A stretch of DNA of 62,020 nucleotides, taken from the IMG/VR virus record IMGVR_UViG_3300032073_000028, positions 1 through 62,020 of that record; one strand, given 5' to 3'. This DNA comes from a virus. Taxonomy: Duplodnaviria > Caudoviricetes. Below the pieces are notes generated by a model. That model was not told the DNA's origin. It saw only the letters and a list, made by a program, of their open reading frames with translations, and ran no database searches. How positions within the stretch are numbered: position 1 is the first letter of the stretch; each line of letters begins with the position of its first letter. The position numbers and the translations under genes were made by a program. Shown here piece after piece: positions 48,748 to 57,532 of the stretch.

Positions 48748-51099
48748 TTATTTGTTGTGTACGATGATTCCATTAGCAACATATGAATGTAATCTATCTA
48801 CTGTTATATTATAAACTTTTTCTTTTGCATCAGAACGAACTATTCTAATATCTTCTATCTCTTTCCATTCAGAGTCTATACATATACTATCTCCTACTTG
48901 AAGTATCTTTGGTTGTTTGTTTGATAGATAAGGTTCTTGGTTCTTATCTGGTACTAATGATTTCCATCCATCTTTCGTTAAGAATGGATGTTCTGGTGTA
49001 AACTCAATACCAGTGTTATCTATTGTATATAGTGATGGTTCATCACCTAATAGTTTACAAGCATCTGCATGAGAGCCAACAAAATGTGAATCATCAGTTG
49101 CAATTACTTCAGCTGAATCTATCTTTCTTCCATCCCATCCTAGTACTTCATCACCTACAACTATATCTTCTATATTTTTAACATCGCCATTTGATAAGGA
49201 TATATGTGTACCTGCTGCAAAACAAGTTTGAGGTACACCACCTGGTGGCATTCTGTTATGTGCCAAGAAATCTTCTACAAAGAAGTTATTGTTACCATCA
49301 ACTTCATCTAGGTTATAAACTGTTGTTGTATCTTCTTGTTCTATTATATCTGTAATAGCAACTCCATATCCATCAAGGTGTAATACTTCATCTCCTATTA
49401 AAATTTGTTCTACATCAATACCACTATCTTCTTTTGTTTGATTAGGGTAATAAGATGAGTATCCTTTTCCACATACAAATAAAGGGTGGTCTGGAGTACC
49501 TGTTAATTCAGTTCCATTTTCAAATACATACTTTACAACATTTTCATTTGATTTGATTCTAATCTTTTTAACTTCTTTATATTCTGAAGTATCGTTATCG
49601 TGATTATATGATATTACTTTATCACCTACCTTTACATCTTCTATGTTTGTAATACCTTTAGATTCTACATGAATCTTACTACCAGCAATAAAACATGGTG
49701 CGTTGTGTACAATAAATGGTGATGATGATGATACGAAATATGTATCAGTATCTTCCACATCGACTCTGTAAAATTTATGTGTATCTATATCACCTGTTAC
49801 AAATATGTTAGATTGTGATATCGATAATAAATCTCCATCCTTATCTATAAGGTAATCATCAGAAGCTGTTATCCAATACGCTGATTTAAATTTAATCTCA
49901 TTTGATTGTGTATTGTATGTTAATAAGTTTTTATTTGATGATACATATATTTCTTCACCAGTTCCTAGTGTTAGTTCGATACCAGTACCATACCAAAGTG
50001 ATGATGATGATAGTGTATCAACAACAGATGATGTTACTATTGAATTATCTGGTAAATCTCTACCATCTTGTGACCAAGATGAAAATACATCGTAATCATC
50101 TGTATCTGGTGAACCACTTAAGAAGAATGATTTAATTGTATCTCCCGTTGATATATCTCCTATTCCAACAAAAGTATTATCTACCTTTTGAATGTTTTCA
50201 GATGATAATATAGCATCTTGTACTAATGGGTTATGTTTTACAAAGTTCGTTGTATATTCAAAGTAATGTTTTATTGGTACATCAACTACTGCAGTGTTTG
50301 ATGATAGTGAAGATATGTTTGGTATATCATACATTGCATCAATCTTATAACTACCTAAACTTACATAGTTTATTTCACTTCCATAAAGAATACCAAATTG
50401 TCTAATTGCTTGTACCTTTCCATTTGAAATTTGAGTTGGGTTAGTATGATATTTTTCTATATATCTATCACTTCTATCTAAATAGTTAAAGAAGTAATCA
50501 TCGGTAATATCTGTTGATGATGAATCTGCAGTTCCTACGAATTTGTGAAATGTTATTGGGGAGTGTCTTTCAGATGAATCTTTTTCTACTATATCTGGAA
50601 AAGTATCACTTGCGTTTACAGATGAAGAAAATGTGTTTCCTTCCCATGCACTACCACTATATCTAAATTCTGGTACAGATGATTCGTTATCGTTATCTTT
50701 AAATATCTTTAGAACTTCTATTCTTTGTTTACAATATGTACTATCAAATATAGCGTTTTCATCATATGCCAATCTTAAGATAAATCTATCTGATTCATCT
50801 GTTACATTTGTTGGATATATTGTGTTTCTATCTTCTTCTATTTTAACTATCTCACTTATAAATGTGGCATCGTTACCGATTACTGAAGTTAGTTTTTCAA
50901 TAAAGTTTCTATGAAATACTTTATAAACAACTGTTAGTTTTGTAATGTTGTTGCTTTGCAATAAAGATATAAACGCTGTAAAATCTAAACGATTATTTAA
51001 TATATCGTTTATCATTGCAGTGTCTGTATTGAACTCTAATAGTCTTAACTTATTAGATTCATCAATAATAAAATCACTTGAAAATAAAGTACCTTTCAT
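48748..51099 (-). CDS. ATP-grasp-like N-terminal domain plus three tandem HINT (intein-like) domains
   Basis: SDFIID...LRLLEFNTDT (glutathionylspermidine synthase / permuted ATP-grasp-like); HINT ends FIVHN466, FLAHN615, IIVHN782; starts C469FIAG and C626FAAG; block-B TPDH and TPEH. Confidence 0.85.
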   Translation of the reverse strand: MKGTLFSSDFIIDESNKLRLLEFNTDTAMINDILNNRLDFTAFISLLQSNNITKLTVVYKVFHRNFIEKLTSVIGNDATFISEIVKIEEDRNTIYPTNVTDESDRFILRLAYDENAIFDSTYCKQRIEVLKIFKDNDNESSVPEFRYSGSAWEGNTFSSSVNASDTFPDIVEKDSSERHSPITFHKFVGTADSSSTDITDDYFFNYLDRSDRYIEKYHTNPTQISNGKVQAIRQFGILYGSEINYVSLGSYKIDAMYDIPNISSLSSNTAVVDVPIKHYFEYTTNFVKHNPLVQDAILSSENIQKVDNTFVGIGDISTGDTIKSFFLSGSPDTDDYDVFSSWSQDGRDLPDNSIVTSSVVDTLSSSSLWYGTGIELTLGTGEEIYVSSNKNLLTYNTQSNEIKFKSAYWITASDDYLIDKDGDLLSISQSNIFVTGDIDTHKFYRVDVEDTDTYFVSSSSPFIVHNAPCFIAGSKIHVESKGITNIEDVKVGDKVISYNHDNDTSEYKEVKKIRIKSNENVVKYVFENGTELTGTPDHPLFVCGKGYSSYYPNQTKEDSGIDVEQILIGDEVLHLDGYGVAITDIIEQEDTTTVYNLDEVDGNNNFFVEDFLAHNRMPPGGVPQTCFAAGTHISLSNGDVKNIEDIVVGDEVLGWDGRKIDSAEVIATDDSHFVGSHADACKLLGDEPSLYTIDNTGIEFTPEHPFLTKDGWKSLVPDKNQEPYLSNKQPKILQVGDSICIDSEWKEIEDIRIVRSDAKEKVYNITVDRLHSYVANGIIVHNK

Positions 51100-51151
51100 C
51101 TATGCTTTTCTTTGTATGAGTTCTTTATATAAGTATCTTGTAAATCTTTTT

Positions 51152-51511
51152 TTATGATATTAAACTCGCTAATTCTTCTTTAAAACTTCTCTTTTCAAAT
51201 CTTCCTTTTCTTTCTGATAAGTAATCTCTTACTATCGCACAGTATTCATAGTGTTCATTTCGTTCAAACCATTTCATACAATATTTCATAGCCAATTCAT
51301 ATTCACTATGGTCTATGTAAACACATATGTTTGTTCTTAGAAGTTTTGCTAATATAAAAGATTTTCTATTATACTTCCATGCCTCATTAATCATATCTAC
51401 CGCCCTAGTATAAAAATCTTCTCCATGATGTTCCATATACTCAGTAATCCATTCCCTTTGATTTGGGATTAGATATTTTCTCCAAGATACTTTTTGGTAG
51501 ATGTTCCTCAT
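51152..51511 (-). CDS. Hypothetical protein with UVR-like C-terminus
   Basis: Start moved to MRNIYQK, 3 nt below the late box; EHYEYCAIVRD. Confidence 0.6.
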   Translation of the reverse strand: MRNIYQKVSWRKYLIPNQREWITEYMEHHGEDFYTRAVDMINEAWKYNRKSFILAKLLRTNICVYIDHSEYELAMKYCMKWFERNEHYEYCAIVRDYLSERKGRFEKRSFKEELASLIS

Positions 51512-51522
51512 ATCTATAAATA

Positions 51523-51879
51523 TTATGTTTTCCACAAAAGTTGAACAGCTAGTATTAAAAAACATAATGCTAATTGTATTAATATTTTTGGAGTTAAGTG
51601 TTCATTGAAGTAATAGCTCGTTAGGATGATGTAGGATACCATTCCTACTACAAATCCAACAAATCTATTTGGCCATAAATTTCCTCCAAAACCTTCTACA
51701 CCAACTCTAGTTGCCTGTAAGAATACCCATGTTAGTGGAATTGCCATCAGATACCAACCCCACCATGATGGTGATTTAGTTGGGTCTTTGAACTGCCAGT
51801 TGTGTTGAAACCATACTGCAGTTTGACCGATTATATAAAGTAGGATGGCCATTCCTATGTAATAGTAATTTAATTTCAT
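51523..51879 (-). CDS. Four-TM small membrane protein (SMR/EamA-like)
   Basis: 118 aa with four hydrophobic helices. Confidence 0.6.
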   Translation of the reverse strand: MKLNYYYIGMAILLYIIGQTAVWFQHNWQFKDPTKSPSWWGWYLMAIPLTWVFLQATRVGVEGFGGNLWPNRFVGFVVGMVSYIILTSYYFNEHLTPKILIQLALCFLILAVQLLWKT

Positions 51880-51901
51880 AACCTTTTATTTAATTTTTTA
51901 T

Positions 51902-53317
51902 TTAACTACCGTATGAGGTTGTATCAGTAGTTTCAGTATCTATGTCTGTTGTTGTATTTGTTACATCAATATTAGTGCCTGTTGATGCAACACCCTCTGG
52001 ATTTTGAGAAAACCAATGAGATGATATTACTGTACCTCTTTTAAATGGTTTAATAAATTGGTTGTCCATATCAGTTGTAGAATCATATAATAATGAATCT
52101 ATATATTGTACAACTTCTCGTTCTCCAATAAGTTGTGTACCACTACTTAAGGAATCTTCCATAGTTACTCCCCACCTAGTTTCATCTTCTTTAAAAGATT
52201 GTATATAGGTTTCCATTTTAGTTTTATTTAATTGTATTCCTGGTATTAGATGAGATGTAAAATATGGATTACCATTATTTCTTGCATAATCAATATCATC
52301 TTTTAATCCTTTACTTATGTATTTATTTCCACTATCTGTGAATATTATCTGAAATCTAAATTGTGTTAATTTATCTCCAAGATTTCTATAAACAACACTA
52401 CCATCTATTGGTTCTATGTATCCAAATGGTCTTGGTAGAGGTATCGGTAAACCTGTGAATTGTGTTGAATTGTATAATCTACTCTGTTGGTTTATTGGAT
52501 TAGTAAATGTACTAGCAGTGTGTTCTACACCATCAGAAATAATTTTATACCTACTTCTTAGTTGTGAAAGAAACTCTCCTATGGGTTTGTTTCTATCCTT
52601 TTTAACAGGATATGTGTTAACGATTGTAACTCTTGGTAAATCAGTATCAATCTTTTTAAATCTGTCTGAGGTAAATGGAAAATCACCAGCTGGTTCACTC
52701 TCTATATCAACATCATTTGGAGTAGGTGGTGGTACAAAAATTGATGGTTCTTGTGGTGCAATATATTCTGGAACTGGAGAGGTTGGTGGAGGTGGTGCCG
52801 GTGTCGGTTGTTGTACCCTTTGTTGTGGGGGTGTTGGTGCAATGTCTGGTGGAAGTACTACATCCACAGGTGTTTCACTAAACTCCTGATTGTACTCTTG
52901 CATTCTACTTAATTCACCACTATTCTCTAATGACTCTCTAGCCTCAGTTGATAATCCTCCTTGTGCATATTGTTGTAATATTTGTGTTTCAGCGGTTATT
53001 TGTGATTGTCCAGCTAATATAGTATTACCCAATGCTGTTTCAATACTACTATTGAATTGAAAGTTTTGAGCTGGTTGGGTTAGTAGGTTTACTTGTTCAG
53101 TAACAGCTTCTTGTATTTCTTGTGGGGAAGCACCTTGTCCTCTTAAATCATTTGCTACTTGTTGAGGTGTTGTAGTTGCTCTTATATTCGCTTGTGTACC
53201 TCCACTTATTACCCAGCGATACTCTGTTGGATTCCAAGCCCACCTCGTACCATCGGGTTGGGTTACTTGTTCGAATGAATACATTCCAGGTCTACCAATT
53301 GGTGAATATAATGCCAT
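51902..53317 (-). CDS. Pro/Gln-rich hypothetical late protein
   Basis: 471 aa; late box 3 nt upstream. Confidence 0.7.
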   Translation of the reverse strand: MALYSPIGRPGMYSFEQVTQPDGTRWAWNPTEYRWVISGGTQANIRATTTPQQVANDLRGQGASPQEIQEAVTEQVNLLTQPAQNFQFNSSIETALGNTILAGQSQITAETQILQQYAQGGLSTEARESLENSGELSRMQEYNQEFSETPVDVVLPPDIAPTPPQQRVQQPTPAPPPPTSPVPEYIAPQEPSIFVPPPTPNDVDIESEPAGDFPFTSDRFKKIDTDLPRVTIVNTYPVKKDRNKPIGEFLSQLRSRYKIISDGVEHTASTFTNPINQQSRLYNSTQFTGLPIPLPRPFGYIEPIDGSVVYRNLGDKLTQFRFQIIFTDSGNKYISKGLKDDIDYARNNGNPYFTSHLIPGIQLNKTKMETYIQSFKEDETRWGVTMEDSLSSGTQLIGEREVVQYIDSLLYDSTTDMDNQFIKPFKRGTVISSHWFSQNPEGVASTGTNIDVTNTTTDIDTETTDTTSYGS

Positions 53318-53335
53318 GTATATAAATATGGGATA

Positions 53336-53509
53336 TTATAATTTACTCTCCACCAATTCGTGGTATGCATCTTGATATGCGTCCACTCTTCTGCCTCTGT
53401 ATTTTTCACTACCCATAAGTTCACCTGCTCTATCTCTAACTTCTTTGAGCATGTTTACTGAATGTGATTCATATAGAATCTCTTCTATTTGTTTTTCTTC
53501 TGACATCAT
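53336..53509 (-). CDS. Hypothetical protein (57 aa)
   Basis: MMSEEKQIEEILYESHS...; ATGA overlap with the upstream ORF. Confidence 0.6.
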   Translation of the reverse strand: MMSEEKQIEEILYESHSVNMLKEVRDRAGELMGSEKYRGRRVDAYQDAYHELVESKL

Positions 53510-53646
53510 TGACCTAGTTTTTGTTGTAATCGTTGTAACTTTAACTTATCCTCTTCTGATAGTGGATGTTTGAGTTTTAACTCTATTATCTCATTAACTA
53601 CTTTTTGTATCTCGTTATCTTTCAAGTATTCTTTTATTGTTTGCAT
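53506..53646 (-). CDS. Hypothetical protein (46 aa)
   Basis: MQTIKEYLKDNEIQKVVNEIIELKLKHP... Confidence 0.55.
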   Translation of the reverse strand: MQTIKEYLKDNEIQKVVNEIIELKLKHPLSEEDKLKLQRLQQKLGQ

Positions 53647-53648
53647 GT

Positions 53649-54107
53649 TTATATTATACTAACTTCATCGTACCATTGAACATTAACTCCAGCCTCATCA
53701 AACATTTCTAAGCTTCTTTCGGCTGAATCTAACCACTTCTGAGATTTTGCTCCTCTTGAATATCTAGTTACAAATATTCGTTCAATCCCAGCGTTTATAA
53801 TACCTCTTGCACAATCAGCACAAGGTACTCCACAAGTTAAATACATAGTACATCCCTTAGTGGATACGCCAATACGAGCAGCATTATAAATTGCATTTCG
53901 TTCAGCGTGTTCGAACCAGTAATACTTTTCTGGCTTCTCTTGTCTCTTAGGTTTGTTATCATTTATTCCTCTTGGGAAAGAATTGTAACCTGTTGAAACA
54001 ATCTCTTTATCTTTACCAACAATAACCGCACCAATCTGTGTACGCTCATCTTTGGATTTTTCTTTTACCTTTTCGGCTATATTTCTAAAATATTCAACCC
54101 AGCTCAT
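53649..54107 (-). CDS. dCMP deaminase
   Basis: TGYN, HAERNAI, PCADC. Confidence 0.93.
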   Translation of the reverse strand: MSWVEYFRNIAEKVKEKSKDERTQIGAVIVGKDKEIVSTGYNSFPRGINDNKPKRQEKPEKYYWFEHAERNAIYNAARIGVSTKGCTMYLTCGVPCADCARGIINAGIERIFVTRYSRGAKSQKWLDSAERSLEMFDEAGVNVQWYDEVSII

Positions 54108-54682
54108 AACACTGTCTTTTTTATTTCAAATGATTCATGTGGTAGCCACATTACTAATACATATCGTGTACCTGAAATTAGTGGGTGAACTTGATGATAC
54201 AATCGTGAGTCGAACATTACCGCATTACCTCTTTGTTTACTTATTTTAGTTTCGTTATTGTTCGTATCCCAAACAGATAAATCACCACCTTCGTATTCAT
54301 CTTCATTAGATAGTTGTATTAGTATGGTTCTATATCTCCACTCTGTTCCTTTTGAACCCCTATCTTGGTGTCTTTTAAACTTACCACCTTTTGTGTATTT
54401 TAAAATTGAAGCTATGTTTTTTGATTTATCGTAATCTAATTCTTCTTGGTATCTAAACTTTTGAGTTTGTATTATTTTCTTAACTCCAAACTGTTTTAAG
54501 TTTTCTGTTATAAAAGAATCTTTAGGTATTAAAACTTGTCTTTGTGTAGATATTCTAAATGGATTTATACTATGTAGTTCTTGGTCTATACTGTTGACAG
54601 TTTTACTTTCAAACCATCTACCTCCTTCAAGATTCATAATTTGTTCACATTCTTTATCAGTAAATAATCTCTTTTCTATCAT
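54104..54682 (-). CDS. 2OG-Fe(II) oxygenase (PKHD/P4H-like)
   Basis: Y..GG.F..HQD...IQLS..D.YEGGDL...FDS...H.V.P..SGTRY.LV.W; start taken at MIEKRLF (ATGA overlap). Confidence 0.85.
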   Translation of the reverse strand: MIEKRLFTDKECEQIMNLEGGRWFESKTVNSIDQELHSINPFRISTQRQVLIPKDSFITENLKQFGVKKIIQTQKFRYQEELDYDKSKNIASILKYTKGGKFKRHQDRGSKGTEWRYRTILIQLSNEDEYEGGDLSVWDTNNNETKISKQRGNAVMFDSRLYHQVHPLISGTRYVLVMWLPHESFEIKKTVL

Positions 54683-54885
54683 ACCATTTCCCAATCTATA
54701 TCTTCTATCATTTCGCAGAACCAATATGTTCCACTTGAATGTTGTGTAAATACAGTATCTACTCCTAACCATTCTTTTACCATCCTTACATCCTTTACTC
54801 TATCCATAGGATATTCTGCATGAATTACATACAATCTACCATTTATGTTTTGTACTGGTCTCTTGAATGATGGGTATCTACTCAT
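54679..54885 (-). CDS. Hypothetical protein
   Basis: 68-aa ORF overlapping its neighbours. Confidence 0.65.
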   Translation of the reverse strand: MSRYPSFKRPVQNINGRLYVIHAEYPMDRVKDVRMVKEWLGVDTVFTQHSSGTYWFCEMIEDIDWEMV

Positions 54886-55072
54886 CGTTTCCTATTATGT
54901 AATAGTTTCGAATTGCAACCATTAACATAATTACTCCAAACGATTCTAATATATTTAGATTTGACCATATTGGGAATATAGAAATCTTAGTAAAGAATGA
55001 TAAAGCTACAGCAGCTGTAGCAAATAATAACATTCCTTTTGTATAATCGTATTGTGGATTGTTCATATTCAT
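54878..55072 (-). CDS. Small two-TM membrane protein
   Basis: 64 aa, hydrophobic. Confidence 0.6.
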   Translation of the reverse strand: MNMNNPQYDYTKGMLLFATAAVALSFFTKISIFPIWSNLNILESFGVIMLMVAIRNYYIIGNDE

Positions 55073-55085
55073 GTTTTTAATTTTG

Positions 55086-55157
55086 TAGCCCGTAGGAGAG
55101 TCGAACTCCTCTTTCTAGGATGAAAACCTAACGTCCTAACCGATAGACGAACGGGCC
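55086..55157 (-). tRNA. tRNA-Glu(TTC)
   Basis: GGCCCGT...TTAGG-TTTTCAT-CCTAG...AGGAG-TTCGACT-CTCCT-ACGGGCT-A; CCA not encoded. Confidence 0.95.
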
Positions 55158-55164
55158 AATATTG

Positions 55165-55238
55165 TGGAGGATATCGGAGTCGAACCGATGACCTCTTCGG
55201 TGCAAGCGAAGTGCTCTAGCCAGCTGAGCTAATCCCCC
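55165..55238 (-). tRNA. tRNA-Ala(TGC)
   Basis: GGGGGAT-TAGCTCAGCTGG...CTTGCAC...GGTTCGACTCC..ATCCTCC-A, with G3:U70. Confidence 0.95.
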
Positions 55239-55393
55239 ATATTTTTATGTTTCTGTTTACGAGTATAGTTTTTCTTACTCTTCACAACTTTCTCGGTCAT
55301 CTTCTTACCGATTTCGTGGGATAATTCGCCGATAGTTATATCGTCCCAATCAACCTTCTCTTGATATCGGTTCTGTTTGTTCTGTTTCTTCAT
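55229..55393 (-). CDS. Basic 54-aa ArfA-like protein whose stop codon lies inside tRNA-Ala
   Basis: MKKQNKQNRYQEKVDWDDITIGELSHEIGKKMTEKVVKSKKNYTRKQKHKNMGD*. Confidence 0.55.
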   Translation of the reverse strand: MKKQNKQNRYQEKVDWDDITIGELSHEIGKKMTEKVVKSKKNYTRKQKHKNMGD

Positions 55394-55541
55394 CACTTAC
55401 CAACTCCATTGTTGTGTTACTTCTATTCCTCAGATATTGCTTCTCAGTCCATTGAGGTGTTCTATCTGTCACAAACTCAATAAACTTATTAGTTTGAGAG
55501 TTTTCTGTTTCTTCTTGTATTCTATATCTTAGTTTTCTCAT
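55350..55541 (-). CDS. Hypothetical protein
   Basis: 63-aa ORF. Confidence 0.6.
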   Translation of the reverse strand: MRKLRYRIQEETENSQTNKFIEFVTDRTPQWTEKQYLRNRSNTTMELVSDEETEQTEPISREG

Positions 55542-55542
55542 A

Positions 55543-55761
55543 TTAATCGAACCATTGGTCTCTATTAGTTTTGATTTTATATATACCTGTTTTTCTCAAT
55601 ACTTCTCGTTTCTTCTCCTTCATTTCTTTTACTCTTGGATTCTTCTTTCTTTTTTTATGTTCAGACATACCATCAAGATATTCAAGAAATCCATCAAAAT
55701 CTTTTTTACCTAGTTTATCCAATTCCTCATCACTTAGAGGATTCTTAGGGTCATACTTCAT
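55543..55761 (-). CDS. Hypothetical protein
   Basis: 72-aa ORF. Confidence 0.65.
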   Translation of the reverse strand: MKYDPKNPLSDEELDKLGKKDFDGFLEYLDGMSEHKKRKKNPRVKEMKEKKREVLRKTGIYKIKTNRDQWFD

Positions 55762-55979
55762 TATATGTTTTTCGGAATTGAGGTTGCGTTGTTTTGCATC
55801 TTCATATCATTTAAAAGATTTAGAAATTGTTGTTTTGTATATTTTCTTCCATATACATAATATTCCACATCTCCATTCTCTTTTATTATTGCCGGCCCAT
55901 CCCAACTATGGAATTTACTGTCAAATGTGTGATATTGTGTGCCGTTTGATTTAAATGATTTGTATTGTTTACTTCCCAT
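55761..55979 (-). CDS. Small H..DGPA-repeat protein
   Basis: FHSWDGPAII..NG..EYY..G motif common in phages; directly behind early promoter 6. Confidence 0.7.
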   Translation of the reverse strand: MGSKQYKSFKSNGTQYHTFDSKFHSWDGPAIIKENGDVEYYVYGRKYTKQQFLNLLNDMKMQNNATSIPKNI

Positions 55980-56006
55980 ATCTATTATATTTTTAAAGGT
56001 TTATAC

Positions 56007-56040
56007 AGCTAATATACGAAATTAAATCCATATATCCAAA
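56007..56040 (-). promoter_or_regulatory. Early promoter (copy 6)
   Basis: TTTG-N20-TATATTAG-CT. Confidence 0.8.
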
Positions 56041-56094
56041 TGTTTTACTATCTTTTTTGTCATAACTCTTAATGTCGGTTCGCTTCGGACTTTT

Positions 56095-56913
56095 TTATCT
56101 TGATATATATTGATAGTTTTCTAGTTGTTCTAAGAACATCCATCCTTGTGCACCATGGCCTTTCTCGTTTTGATGATTGTCTAGTATCTTTATATCGTTC
56201 CAATACGAAGGATAGTTGCCCATCCAATCGGTAAAGTTGTCAAACTCCCCAAATTTTAGTAGTCTACTCCCCATACTCTCTTTATAAGTATTCCAAAAGG
56301 GATTTAGGTTTCCTTCACTCTTACTACCGTCATCGTTCCAGTAGAAGTTAAATACATCTCCATCGTTACTCCATGTGTATATGTTGGGATGTAGGTTACT
56401 GAGCGATAGGATTGTATCCCTATACTGTAAAAAGTTAAGCAACTCTTGTATCTGTACCCAAGATTTGTTTTTTTTATTGAACCCTATCTCATCGAGTCTA
56501 TCGACCTCTGAGGTATATAGTGGGTAATCCTTTCTTATGTAGTTGTAGTGCTCGGGTACTATTGTTGACAGAATTTTGGCATCGCTTTTTTCTTGTTCAT
56601 GTAGGGAGTAGTTAGAATCGAGGTTAAAAATTCTTGTTCGATTTCTTGGAGGTTCTTCTATTATAACTAAATCGTTCTTTCTCCAATTCTTAGCAGTCCG
56701 AAGAATCATTTGTTGTGTATATAACCAACCTTCTCCTCCAGTAGCAAAGTGTGTTGCCTCATCTAGTTCACAATGGTTGTTATCCCATATTCTTTTATAG
56801 TCAAGATTAAACTTATTCGCTATAATACCATACCATGTATCATCATGTGAGAGAACTCTATCGTTCCAATTATCAGAGTATGAACAACCGTATATCCAAA
56901 GTTTGTTTTTCAT
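56095..56913 (-). CDS. SGNH-hydrolase-like protein
   Basis: LWIYGCSYS near the N-terminus and DNHQNEKGH near the C-terminus. Confidence 0.55.
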   Translation of the reverse strand: MKNKLWIYGCSYSDNWNDRVLSHDDTWYGIIANKFNLDYKRIWDNNHCELDEATHFATGGEGWLYTQQMILRTAKNWRKNDLVIIEEPPRNRTRIFNLDSNYSLHEQEKSDAKILSTIVPEHYNYIRKDYPLYTSEVDRLDEIGFNKKNKSWVQIQELLNFLQYRDTILSLSNLHPNIYTWSNDGDVFNFYWNDDGSKSEGNLNPFWNTYKESMGSRLLKFGEFDNFTDWMGNYPSYWNDIKILDNHQNEKGHGAQGWMFLEQLENYQYISR

Positions 56914-56987
56914 TCTCTAAAGAAGGTATCGTATATTCCCCATACTGTTCCTCCTATCATTAGGGCCAATACTATTATCTGTTCCAT
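56910..56987 (-). CDS. 25-aa hydrophobic peptide
   Basis: MEQIIVLALMIGGTVWGIYDTFFRE; ATGA overlap with the next gene. Confidence 0.45.
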   Translation of the reverse strand: MEQIIVLALMIGGTVWGIYDTFFRE

Positions 56988-56991
56988 TTTT

Positions 56992-57117
56992 CTATTTAAA
57001 ATATTCCATATCGTACATCTCTTGTAACTTATAACTTATTTCTTTTGGTATCCTAATAAAGAATACCCTCAACCATATATAAATTTTTGTTGGTAATGAA
57101 GGTTTAACTTTTAACAT
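56992..57117 (-). CDS. Hypothetical protein (41 aa)
   Basis: MLKVKPSLPTKIYIWLRVFFIRIPKE...; fills the gap. Confidence 0.45.
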   Translation of the reverse strand: MLKVKPSLPTKIYIWLRVFFIRIPKEISYKLQEMYDMEYFK

Positions 57118-57419
57118 AATTCACATTCTGGCATAAACCACCATATTAATAATATTAGAATCATAGCAACTATTGTTACTACCAATTGGATTCCCTTGTT
57201 TTGTGATTCTTTCCAACTTCTCATTTTCAATCCCCAATACACTCCGATTCCAGCAGCCCAATCCATTGCTCTACCTATCCAATCGAATGGTGGTATTTTT
57301 AAAAGAGTTAATAATCCTATAAGGAAACCTGTAAAGTATTCTCCTCCGATAATCAATCCAATAGATGCTACTAAGAAGTACCAACCTATGTATTTCTGTA
57401 AGTGTTGTTTTATGTTCAT
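57111..57419 (-). CDS. Membrane protein
   Basis: 102 aa, multi-TM, ends CELC. Confidence 0.65.
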   Translation of the reverse strand: MNIKQHLQKYIGWYFLVASIGLIIGGEYFTGFLIGLLTLLKIPPFDWIGRAMDWAAGIGVYWGLKMRSWKESQNKGIQLVVTIVAMILILLIWWFMPECELC

Positions 57420-57532
57420 AACTTTTTATTTCGTTTTTTTATTTTATATATAGTTAAGCTTGCTAGTATAGTAATGGGGGTAAGGGGGACAACCTAGTAC
57501 TGAAGAGTGGCCCTACTATAGCTACTAAGCTA

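Noticed and set aside
48748-50214. Canonical selfish inteins or homing endonucleases
   Set aside because: No LAGLIDADG insert, no C/S/T at +1, and no host enzyme resumes after the HINT domains.
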